In this document: piece by piece, positions 22,801 through 31,052 of the stretch
Layout: each line of letters begins with the position of its first letter
Numbering within the stretch: the first letter of the stretch is position 1
Assembly (NCBI GenBank): GCA_964248365.1
Contig: CAXTYC010000023.1
Location: forward strand, 1 to 64,000
Origin: an uncultured Chroococcidiopsis sp.
Lineage (GTDB): Bacteria > Cyanobacteriota > Cyanobacteriia > Cyanobacteriales > Chroococcidiopsidaceae
Length of the DNA: 64,000 nt
Direction: 5' to 3'
Translations under genes and position numbers: made by a program
Notes under the pieces: model-generated
What the model was told of the DNA's origin: nothing
What the model saw: only the letters and a program-made list of their open reading frames with translations
The model's database searches: none

Positions 22801-25051
22801 GAAAGTTGACTGGAGTCAGGAGCCAGAGCAACAACTGCCTTTTAAGCAAGGTGGAATGTATCTGCTGAGCGGTGGTTTAGGTGGTATTGGTGTTGAGATT
22901 GCTAAGTATCTGTTGCAAAATTACAATGCTCGGTTACTGTTGGTAGGTAGAACTGCGTTACCAGAAAGAAACACATGGGATGCGGCTTTAAAGGAAAAAA
23001 ATGCTGTGCGAGAGCGGATCGAGGCTTACCTATCTCTAGAACAACTGGGAGGAGAGATTGCATATCAGGCTGTTGATATTTGCGATCGCATTCAATTGCA
23101 ACAGGTAGTTGATCGAGCTAAGTCGCTTTGGCAATGTGAACTAGATGGAGTAATTCATCTAGCAGGAACCGCACCAGAACGCTTGTTAGTTGACGAAACT
23201 CGTGACAGTTTGGCAACAACCCTGCGTCCCAAGGTTTTGGGTACTTGGGCGTTGCATCAATTGATTAAAGACCAGCCAAACAGCGTTTTTATCAGCTTCT
23301 GTTCGTTGGCGAGTTTCTTTGGCGGCGCGATGATTGGTGCTTATGCTGCTGCTAATAGTTTTCTAGACTGCTTTACCCACTATCAGCGATATCATCGTTC
23401 ATTGCAGAGCTATTGCTTTGCTTGGGGGATGTGGGAAGCGATCGGTATGAGCCGGAATTCTCAAGCAAAGGATTTACTTCGTGCCAAAGGTTATCAAGCT
23501 GTGACGCTAAAGCAGGGGATGCATTCACTGCTGATAGGTTTGCACCACGATCAAGGGCAACTACTGGTAGGTTTGGATGGCAGTAACCGCAATATCCGAC
23601 GGTATATAGAACCGCAGTTGTGTCGCCGTGTTCAGACACTATCTGCTTATTTCACTGCTAACACCGATTTATTGCTCTCAGGTAGGTTAGAAGCATTGTT
23701 AGTGAGCGATCGCTTCGGCACACCAAGTAAATGCACCTTTCGGCAGATCCAGCAAATGCCGCTAACAGATACAGGTGAAATCGACCGCACACAGCTAGCC
23801 GCAATTGGTCGTGCGGGAGCTGCCGATCAGGTGAAGCCGACAACAGAACTAGAATGCCAACTAGCTAGCATCTGGCAGCAGGTATTGGGGGTTTCCCAAG
23901 TAGGCATCCATGACAACTTCTTTGAGTTAGGTGGGAGTTCACTACAAGCCGCGCGTTTATTTGCTGAAATTGAAAAAACCTTTGGCAAAAATCTGCCCTT
24001 GGCTACCCTCTTTGAAGCTCCAACAGTCGCGCAGCTTGTCACTCTTATCAGCACACAAGAAGAGTCAGTATTGTGGTCTTCGCTGGTTCCGATTCAAACT
24101 GGGGGTTCTAAGCCACCTTTGTTTTGTATTCATGGAGCTGGTGGCAACATTCTCATGTACCGCCAACTAATACCTTACTTAGATTCAGAGCAACCAATTT
24201 ATGGAATACAGCCAAAGGGACTAGATGGACATGAGACACCCCTTAACCGGATTTCAGAAATGGCGAGTGTTTATGTCAATGAAATGCGTGACTTGCAACC
24301 TGAAGGACCCTACTACTTGGCTGGTTTATCTGCTGGTGGCTTAATTGCCTTTGAGATGGCACAAGTCCTTCAAGCTCAGGGTCAACAAGTGGCAATGCTT
24401 GCCTTAATCGATCCTCACGCTCCTGGTTATCCCAGATTATTGCCTGTAGTACCTCGATTATTATCATTGCTACCTTATGCAGCTTACCATTTAGCCAAAA
24501 GAAGCCCATCTCGTATAGCTAAGCTGTTCCAATCTAGACTATCGCAAGCTCGTTCACAATCACAGCAAGCAGTCAGTCAAAGCTATGCAACAAGTGAAAA
24601 TCTTCAACAGAACGAGGGATTAGAGGTATCGATCAATAGCAATAGAAACTTACCTCGAAAAATTAATTCTTTGCGCGATCGATTGGAATATTTCAGCCTC
24701 TGGCTTTTGAAATTTACTCCCTGGGCATTTCTTGTGCCGAGGTTTTACTTAGAGGAGGCGAATTCTTTACCTAACTCTCTTCAGAAGATTCAAAAAGCCA
24801 ATGTTGAGGCAATGCTTTCTTACAATGCCCAAGCCTATCAAGGTCGGGCAATCCTGTTTCGCGCTAGCGAACAACCACCCGGATGTTACCCCGATCCCCA
24901 GTTGGGCTGGAGTAATTTAGTGGCTGGAGGACTTGAGGTTTACCAAATCCCTGGCTATCACAGTGAATCTTTGCTGTATGAAGAACGAAGTGTTCGAGTT
25001 CTTGGCAAGCAGTTGAAGACTTGCTTAGATCGAGCGATCACAAATAAGTAG
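19805..25051 (+). CDS. Stand-alone NRPS-like enzyme: pseudo-Asub, keto-acid-type adenylation domain, ketoreductase, carrier protein, thioesterase
   Basis: RBS AGGAGG before the GTG start. A motifs TSGSTGMPK, WLPFDHIG, AFGMAE, TGDLG, GRAKE, PKTAIGK. KR GGLGGIG and YAAAN; carrier DNFFELGGSSL; TE GLSAG and PGYH. No C or KS domain. Confidence 0.92.
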   Translation: MQKSQEQQQAIATTFIQEPLAASSVTDQQMVQAAILADPSIDECVVLNRAKEPTRELVAYVVSRGKFSPEQIQSHLQASLPSDLLAIAYVPVSKLPLTPTGQVDEQALIALEVVDSDLVQRWETQLQSLPEIEQAALVVQEYIETSPPLHLSDLLPDWKSTPSTSTATTITTASSFDAIEEATESKALAISYGGSLPEEPNAPTTLPEVLQRAARQIQGDSIVYLQPDGTEIFQSYGDLVEEAERILAGLRKLGLKPQDKVILQLELNQDIIPAFWGCILGGFIPVIMGVAPTYSSSNNAVDKLCNVWQLLDQPLILTTQALQKSVQSLTQWLPAEDFQVSSIEALRKNTADKSYHPCKPNDPAFFNLTSGSTGMPKCISLTHWNLISRAIGTNILSHHDCEDVILNWLPFDHIGSISDWHIRCVYLGCKLIYTNKEYILGHPLNWLDLIDKYRITHSWASNFAYALIYDALKQEPEHKWDLSCVKSLLTAGEAVSSTAVKDFIESLAVHGFKKTAIRPAFGMAEMGSGITYYQPTEENPLLFHTVDKSSLKGSIKRVSAEHPNCTTFTDLGPVIPGVSIRIVDKENSLLSEDTIGCLQVKGDAVFAGYYKNPEVNKEVFVEDGWFNTGDLGFISDGHLVVTGRAKETIIINGANYYNHEIEAVVEEIERVDVSYTAACAVRDAKGTTDKLAIFFSACGVDEEHLIELLKQIRQTVVGKVGVNPDYLIPVEKEVIPKTAIGKIQRSQLSKLFEAGEFDHILKRLDILLKNANTLPDWFYRKSWRPKEVVSLNIQPLTGQTLVFLDSLGMGELIGAELSRQYQPCVSVEVGSDFVQLSSDRYQINPQNPDHYRQLLESVSECTLQIGQILHLWNYDNYAGEISSPEELEQAQERGIYSLLFLVQALAKVQSSEHPVRLLVAASHTQPTSASDKVAAQKAPMLGLIKAVSQELSWLDCRHVDLSLDTVEINAEQILRELRVLQRSPEVAYRQNQRLVPCLEKVDWSQEPEQQLPFKQGGMYLLSGGLGGIGVEIAKYLLQNYNARLLLVGRTALPERNTWDAALKEKNAVRERIEAYLSLEQLGGEIAYQAVDICDRIQLQQVVDRAKSLWQCELDGVIHLAGTAPERLLVDETRDSLATTLRPKVLGTWALHQLIKDQPNSVFISFCSLASFFGGAMIGAYAAANSFLDCFTHYQRYHRSLQSYCFAWGMWEAIGMSRNSQAKDLLRAKGYQAVTLKQGMHSLLIGLHHDQGQLLVGLDGSNRNIRRYIEPQLCRRVQTLSAYFTANTDLLLSGRLEALLVSDRFGTPSKCTFRQIQQMPLTDTGEIDRTQLAAIGRAGAADQVKPTTELECQLASIWQQVLGVSQVGIHDNFFELGGSSLQAARLFAEIEKTFGKNLPLATLFEAPTVAQLVTLISTQEESVLWSSLVPIQTGGSKPPLFCIHGAGGNILMYRQLIPYLDSEQPIYGIQPKGLDGHETPLNRISEMASVYVNEMRDLQPEGPYYLAGLSAGGLIAFEMAQVLQAQGQQVAMLALIDPHAPGYPRLLPVVPRLLSLLPYAAYHLAKRSPSRIAKLFQSRLSQARSQSQQAVSQSYATSENLQQNEGLEVSINSNRNLPRKINSLRDRLEYFSLWLLKFTPWAFLVPRFYLEEANSLPNSLQKIQKANVEAMLSYNAQAYQGRAILFRASEQPPGCYPDPQLGWSNLVAGGLEVYQIPGYHSESLLYEERSVRVLGKQLKTCLDRAITNK

Positions 25052-25073
25052 CACAGGTATTTAAGGGAAGCAA

Positions 25074-25100
25074 AGGGGAGTTAGTAAATTCTAATTCCCC
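25074..25100 (+). other. Intergenic hairpin between the NRPS-like gene and tyrA
   Basis: GGGGAGTTAG-TAAATT-CTAATTCCCC stem-loop with no T-run. Confidence 0.5.
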
Positions 25101-25127
25101 TCGCTCCTCGCTCATGCCTATTTTCAA

Positions 25128-26267
25128 GTGAAGTCTATTTTCGGACTTAATCTAACAATGCAACAAGCAAAGCTTCAACAAATTGACCAAGACTTGATTA
25201 GGCTGCTAAGGGAAAGAATAGCAGTCTTGGCAGAATCAGGAATTCCTCCTTTAGAGCAGCAACTGTCAGACTGCTCATCCTACCTTGCTCAGACAGGCGT
25301 GCCAGAATCTCTATGGCAAAATATTGTCACAGGTTGTGTTGCTGCACTCAAGAGCGCATCCTTGTCTCACAATCAGATTGAGCCGCGCAACATTACTGCG
25401 ATCGGCGGAGGCGGTATGATGGGGCGCTTCTTTACACAGCGGCTGCAAGCAGCTGGACATAATGTTAATGTTCTCGAATACAATGACTGGGATAATGCAG
25501 AGAAATTACTATCCCAGGCAGATTTAGTATTAGTCTGCGTTCCCCTCAAAAGTACATTGGCTGTAATTCAAAAGGCAGCTAAATACCTTCGTCCAACCAC
25601 TGCACTAGTTGATATTGCCAGTATCAAAACTCCCTTCGTGCAAGCTATGCTAGAGCAGCATAAAGGACCTGTATTGGGTTTACATCCCATGTTCGGTCCA
25701 GGGGTCAAATCCTTCTTGTCACAAAAAGTTGTAGTTTGCCCAGGTCGTGAAAATGAGGCGTTCCAATGGTTTCTAGACTTTATTAAAAATGATGGCGGCA
25801 AGCTGATTACCTGTACGCCCCAAGAACACGATCGCATGATGATAGCTATCCAAGCAATCCGGCATTTCTGTACGTTTAGTCTTGGTGTTTTCTTGGCAGA
25901 AGAAGAAATTGATATAGCCCGTAGCCTAGAGTTTGCTAGCCCGATTTATCGCCTTGAAAGTAACATAGTTAGTCGCCTGTTTGCCCAGGATGGGTCTTTA
26001 TACATAGATATCATACTAGCTTCCGAGGAACGCACTGGGGCAATCGGTAGGCTGGCGCAGACTTATAACCGTTTGGCGAAATTGGTGGCACAAAAAGATC
26101 GCTCCGCCCTGATGCGCGAGTTTGTAAATGTCGGCAATGCTTTTAAACAAGAGTCGGATCGCGCTCTTGAAGAAAGTAATTATGTGATCAACGCCATCAG
26201 TACACTTTTAGCGGCAAGCGAGGTCAAAGCGAATTCAACGCCAGCAACACTTGTCAGCAACACTTAA
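25128..26267 (+). CDS. tyrA: Chorismate mutase-like/prephenate dehydrogenase (T-protein-type TyrA)
   Basis: N-terminal AroQ-like IDQDLIRLLRER, Rossmann IGGGGMMG, DIASIK, GLHPMFGP and EHDRMM. The start may be ATG 25158. Confidence 0.88.
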   Translation: MKSIFGLNLTMQQAKLQQIDQDLIRLLRERIAVLAESGIPPLEQQLSDCSSYLAQTGVPESLWQNIVTGCVAALKSASLSHNQIEPRNITAIGGGGMMGRFFTQRLQAAGHNVNVLEYNDWDNAEKLLSQADLVLVCVPLKSTLAVIQKAAKYLRPTTALVDIASIKTPFVQAMLEQHKGPVLGLHPMFGPGVKSFLSQKVVVCPGRENEAFQWFLDFIKNDGGKLITCTPQEHDRMMIAIQAIRHFCTFSLGVFLAEEEIDIARSLEFASPIYRLESNIVSRLFAQDGSLYIDIILASEERTGAIGRLAQTYNRLAKLVAQKDRSALMREFVNVGNAFKQESDRALEESNYVINAISTLLAASEVKANSTPATLVSNT

Positions 26268-26289
26268 ACTTACTTGAGCTTATCTGGAA

Positions 26290-27753
26290 ATGAACCTACG
26301 ACAAAAGGCTGCTAAAGGTGTAGCTTGGTCTGCGATCGAAAATTGGGGTAATCAGGCAATCTATTTTGTCCTATTTCTTGTGCTTGCCCGCCTGTTACCA
26401 CCAGAAGCCTTCGGGCTGGTTTCCTTGGCTGGTATTTTGATCAGTTTTATGATGGTCTTTGCTGATCAAGGAATTAGTGATGCGCTCATACAACGCCAAG
26501 AACTGGAACCAGAACACTTAGATACTGCTTTCTGGACTAACGTTGGCGTTAGTGCTTTGCTAACTATATTTAGCATTGCTGCTGCCCAACCCGTGTCTAA
26601 CTTATTCCATCAGCCGCAGTTGATGCCAATTATATGCTGGTTATCCCTAAGCTTTTTGAGTAGCGGCTTGAGTAGTGTGCAGCAGTCACTTTTGCGTCGC
26701 CAATTTGCCTTCAGAGCTTTAGCAGTGCGATCGCTCTTAGCGTTATCTGTCGGAGGTATCGTCGGTGTAAGTATGGCTTGTATGGGCTGGGGTGTCTGGA
26801 GTCTAGTTGGTCAGCAGTTGGTCGGTCGGTTAGTTACAGTTCTAGCTCTATGGTGGGTTAGTGACTGGCGACCTGGTTTTAGGATTTCTGCCAAACATTT
26901 TAAGGAGTTGTTCTCCTTCGGGATAAAAATGCTCGCAGGTAGTATACTCGCTTTTTTTAGTATCCGCTCTGATGATTTTTTAATCGGATACTTCCTCGGT
27001 CCTGTGGCACTTGGCTACTACACAGTTGCCTACAGGCTGCTGGTAGCTATGACACAGATGATAAGTGCTACTACACGCCAAGTCGCACTACCGATATTTT
27101 CCAGGCTACAGCAACAGACCGAGCAGCTAAGGCAAGCATTTCTCAGTGCCACACAGTTCTTGAGTTTGTTTGTTTTTCCAGCCGCTTTAGGTCTAGTGGT
27201 ACTAGCTCCCGAAGTGGTGCGGACTTTGTTCGGTGAGCAATGGACACCAAGCGTTCCGGTGATGCAGATTCTTGCTCTGAGTGTCATGACACAGATAGTC
27301 GGTTCTCTGGGTGGAATTATCTTGGTAGCAGTCGGCAAGCCTGATTGGGGTTTAAAAATGATTTTGCTCAACACTGTGGTTAACGTCATCGGTTTTGCGA
27401 TCGCAGTTCGATGGGGCATTGTGGCTGTGGCAGCATCATTTGTAATTCGTGATTATCTACTTCAACCTGTTTTGTTTTGCCTCGTCTATAAGCTTACAGG
27501 CATCAAGGTTTTCACTTATCTTCGCCAATTTGCCGTCCCACTTGTTGGTTCGCTAATCATGATATTTTTTATCTTGGGAGCAAAATTCTTCCTGGGTAAC
27601 TTGCTAAACTCGCAGGCATTATTAGCAACTTGTGTGACGCTTGGAGCGTCGATATACACAGCAACAATACTGTTAATTGCACCAAAAATATTCTGGCAAG
27701 TAGTTAATTTTGCTGGCTTATCATTAGGAATTTCTAAGTTGAAAAAAACTTAA
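26290..27753 (+). CDS. wzx: Wzx/WzxC-type MOP flippase
   Basis: KAAKGVAWS, LARLLPPEAFG, DTAFWTN and LGYYTVAYRL; multiple TM helices. Confidence 0.92.
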   Translation: MNLRQKAAKGVAWSAIENWGNQAIYFVLFLVLARLLPPEAFGLVSLAGILISFMMVFADQGISDALIQRQELEPEHLDTAFWTNVGVSALLTIFSIAAAQPVSNLFHQPQLMPIICWLSLSFLSSGLSSVQQSLLRRQFAFRALAVRSLLALSVGGIVGVSMACMGWGVWSLVGQQLVGRLVTVLALWWVSDWRPGFRISAKHFKELFSFGIKMLAGSILAFFSIRSDDFLIGYFLGPVALGYYTVAYRLLVAMTQMISATTRQVALPIFSRLQQQTEQLRQAFLSATQFLSLFVFPAALGLVVLAPEVVRTLFGEQWTPSVPVMQILALSVMTQIVGSLGGIILVAVGKPDWGLKMILLNTVVNVIGFAIAVRWGIVAVAASFVIRDYLLQPVLFCLVYKLTGIKVFTYLRQFAVPLVGSLIMIFFILGAKFFLGNLLNSQALLATCVTLGASIYTATILLIAPKIFWQVVNFAGLSLGISKLKKT

Positions 27754-27900
27754 AACTTTTAGCCATAAGCGCTACAAATTTGGTTATTCACGGTTATCTA
27801 ATTACTTATATGGCTCAAATAAATATTCAACCACACAGGTCTTAATTACATAAGTTTTAGTAGCGAATATGGTGAATTGATACTTTAAGGAAATTACAGT

Positions 27901-29064
27901 ATGCGTGTTTTAAGTATTCATAACCGCTATCAAATTCGAGGTGGAGAAGACGAGTCTAGGGAAGCAGAGGAAAAACTTTTACGGGAAATGGGTAACATCG
28001 TTGATGTATATGAAGAAAACAACGATCGCTTAGCAACTATCAACTCTGTAGAAATGGCTCTGAGGACAGTCTGGTCTAAAGAGGCTTATCAAACAGTAAA
28101 ACAGCGTCTAAAAAAGCAGCCCCACGATATAGTTCACGTTCAAAATTTTTTTCCTCTAATTTCTCCCTCAGTTTACTACGCAGCAAAGTCCCAAGGGGTT
28201 CCTGTAGTTCAGACTTTGCGTAACTATCGTCTTTTGTGTCCTAATGGTTTGTTTTTTCGCAACGGAAGTGTCTGCGAAGATTGTCTGGGCAAGGCAGTTC
28301 CTTTGCCTGGGGTATGGCATGGCTGCTACCGAGAAAGCCGCATGGCAAGTGGAGCTGTTGCAACAATGCTGACTGTGCATCGCACCATGCGAACTTGGAT
28401 AGAGATGGTAGATGTATATATTGCCCTTACCGAGTTCGCGCGTCAGAAGTTTATTCAAAGTGGTTTTCCAGCAGAAAAAATTGTAGTTAAGCCTAACTTC
28501 GTTCACCCCGATCCAAAACCAGGAGAAGGGCGCGGAGGGTATGCCCTCTATGTGGGAAGGCTTTCAGTAGAAAAAGGATTAGATACGCTGCTATCCGCTT
28601 GGGAGCGATTGGGAAAACAGCTACCTCTCAAAATTGTTGGGGATGGACCACTAACAGATCAGGTAGTTGAGGCTAGTAAGAAACTTGGCTGTGTAGAGTG
28701 GTTGGGACGCAAACCGATGCAGGAAGTTTATGACTTGATGGGTGAAGCTACCTTTGTGGTTTTTCCATCAAAGTGGTACGAAACCTTTGGTCGAGTGGCA
28801 GTAGAAGCTTTTGCTAAAGGTACTCCAGTGATTGCTGCTAATATTGGAGCGATCGCTGAATTAATTGAGCATCGTCGCACTGGGCTACACTTTCGTCCAG
28901 GCGATTCGGAAGATTTAGCAACGCAGGTAGAGTGGGCTTTGACGCATCCAAGAGAACTTGCCCAGATGCGCTACCAGGCTAGAACTGAGTTTGAGGCTAA
29001 ATACACCGCCCAGCAAAACTACCGCAGATTGATAGATATTTACCAATTGACCTGTGACAATTAG
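27901..29064 (+). CDS. Glycosyltransferase family 4
   Basis: HNRYQIRGGED, NYRLLCPNG, GRLSVEKG and YETFGRVAVEAFAKG. Confidence 0.92.
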   Translation: MRVLSIHNRYQIRGGEDESREAEEKLLREMGNIVDVYEENNDRLATINSVEMALRTVWSKEAYQTVKQRLKKQPHDIVHVQNFFPLISPSVYYAAKSQGVPVVQTLRNYRLLCPNGLFFRNGSVCEDCLGKAVPLPGVWHGCYRESRMASGAVATMLTVHRTMRTWIEMVDVYIALTEFARQKFIQSGFPAEKIVVKPNFVHPDPKPGEGRGGYALYVGRLSVEKGLDTLLSAWERLGKQLPLKIVGDGPLTDQVVEASKKLGCVEWLGRKPMQEVYDLMGEATFVVFPSKWYETFGRVAVEAFAKGTPVIAANIGAIAELIEHRRTGLHFRPGDSEDLATQVEWALTHPRELAQMRYQARTEFEAKYTAQQNYRRLIDIYQLTCDN

Positions 29065-29088
29065 TTCTGAATTGGATGGCAACAAAAG

Positions 29089-31011
29089 ATGAAAAAAATT
29101 CCTGTACTTACAATCAGTGCTGGCGCGATTTTATCTTCTTGTTTAATCGTAGCCAATATGATGCAGCAGCGAATATCGTTTCAGTCCTTGGCAAGTAATT
29201 CTGCTGTACTAGCAAATAACACAACAACCGTTCCAGCTGCGGAAGTTACAACTGACAATATTATCTTTCCAAAGGATGGGGGTGTAATTAATGTTAAAAA
29301 TGCTCCATACAACGCTAAAGGAGATGGTGTTACTGACGACACGGCGGCAATTGGGCGGGCGCTGGGCGCTTACCCTAATGCAAATAAGATTATTTATTTA
29401 CCAAAAGGTACTTATCTAGTCTCGAACCAATTACAATGGCCCAATGGTAGGGGTGGACAAGAACATAAAAGAACAATCCTACAAGGTCAGAACACAGGAA
29501 AGACAATTATCAAGTTAAAAAATAGCGCCCCTGGCTTTACCAACCCATTTTTGCCTAAAGCAGTGATTTGGACTGGCAATGCTCCTGCTCAGCGGTTTCG
29601 GAATGCTATTCGTAATTTGACAGTAGATACAGGTACTGGTAATTCAGGTGCGATCGCCATCCAGTTCATTGCAAATAACCAAGGCACAATACGTAATGTA
29701 ACCATACGCTCAGGTGATGGTCAAGGTATTGTAGGACTTGATATGTCCTACACCAATGAAATCGGTCCTTTATTAGTTAAAAATCTCAAAGTCTATGGCT
29801 TTAATGTCGGCATCAAGACAGCTAACAAAGTTAATAGCCAAACCTTTGAACATATCACCTTGCAAAACCAAAAAGAATACGGTTTTGCTAACTATGGTCA
29901 AGTAATTAGCATCCGAGACTTGCAGAGTAACAATGTTGTGCCTGCAATTTATAATAAAGACGGAATTCTAACTTTAATTGATTCAAAATTAACTGCAACC
30001 AACAAAGTATCAGGGCAGCCTGCCATTAAAAACGACTCAACGCTTTTCGCCCGTAACATCAAGATATCAGGCTATCAAATCGCCATTGGGAATAAAAGTG
30101 GTCGGCAGAATGTTGCCAGTTCGTCAGTGACGGAATTTGTATCTCATCCAATCTCTAGCGTTTTTCCCACACCATCCAAATCGTTGAATCTGCCGATAGA
30201 GGAAACACCAGATGTATCATGGGATGCCTTAAGTAATTGGGAAAGCCCAACTCATTTTGGTGCAGTTCCTAATGACAATAGAGATGACAGTGCGGCAATT
30301 CAGGCTGCGATCGACTCTGGCAAAACAACCGTGTACTTTCCTAATGGTTCGTATATAGTTAATCATACTATTTATATCAGAAATAAAGTCAAAAGAATTA
30401 TTGGACTAGAGGCTGGTATTGTTGGTAAGGGCGTTTTTCGTTTTGTAGAAGGTAGTGCGCCTGTTGTAGTTATAGAACGTCTTGACGGAATTGGAAGTGG
30501 AATTATCCATGCCACTTCTAGAACACTAGTTCTCAGCAGTATGAGCCTGGCTCCCAGCGGTGGTAAAGCCAGCTATTCCAATATTGGAAATGGCAAACTT
30601 TTTATTGAAGATGTGGTAGGAGGACCTTGGAAATTTGAGCGGCAAAAAATTTGGGCGCGGCAGTTCAACGCTGAAAATCAAGGTATACACATATCTAACA
30701 ACGCGGGAAACTTATGGATACTAGGTCTCAAAACTGAAAGAGATGGTATTTTGGTAGATACTAAAGCAGGTGCAAAAACTGAAATAATAGGAGGATTGAT
30801 TTATTCTAATTCTGACCGGAAAACAACACCAATGTTTACAAATGAAAACTCTGCTGTTTCCCTGACTATTGGAGAATGTAATTTTAATCGAAATTTCTAC
30901 TTTAATTTAGTTACTGAAACACGAAATGGTGTGATGAAACAATTAAATAGAGGTGATACACCACAGCGTTGTAATGGTAGTGCCATTCCTTTATACGTTG
31001 GGCATAAATAA
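29089..31011 (+). CDS. Exported beta-helix protein, pectate-lyase-3/GH55-like
   Basis: N-terminal hydrophobic segment. Two repeats of the beta-helix start motif (YNAKGDGVTDDTAAI..IYLPKGTY and FGAVPNDNRDDSAAIQAAI..VYFPNGSY). Confidence 0.85.
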   Translation: MKKIPVLTISAGAILSSCLIVANMMQQRISFQSLASNSAVLANNTTTVPAAEVTTDNIIFPKDGGVINVKNAPYNAKGDGVTDDTAAIGRALGAYPNANKIIYLPKGTYLVSNQLQWPNGRGGQEHKRTILQGQNTGKTIIKLKNSAPGFTNPFLPKAVIWTGNAPAQRFRNAIRNLTVDTGTGNSGAIAIQFIANNQGTIRNVTIRSGDGQGIVGLDMSYTNEIGPLLVKNLKVYGFNVGIKTANKVNSQTFEHITLQNQKEYGFANYGQVISIRDLQSNNVVPAIYNKDGILTLIDSKLTATNKVSGQPAIKNDSTLFARNIKISGYQIAIGNKSGRQNVASSSVTEFVSHPISSVFPTPSKSLNLPIEETPDVSWDALSNWESPTHFGAVPNDNRDDSAAIQAAIDSGKTTVYFPNGSYIVNHTIYIRNKVKRIIGLEAGIVGKGVFRFVEGSAPVVVIERLDGIGSGIIHATSRTLVLSSMSLAPSGGKASYSNIGNGKLFIEDVVGGPWKFERQKIWARQFNAENQGIHISNNAGNLWILGLKTERDGILVDTKAGAKTEIIGGLIYSNSDRKTTPMFTNENSAVSLTIGECNFNRNFYFNLVTETRNGVMKQLNRGDTPQRCNGSAIPLYVGHK

Positions 31012-31052
31012 TGACAGCAATAATTTGGATACTTGCCCCTAGAGGTAAATAA

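Noticed and set aside
19805..25051. Aeruginosin/spumigin or heterocyst glycolipid cluster
   Set aside because: No C-domain NRPS, Choi-biosynthesis or KS genes, and the protein ends in its own TE.
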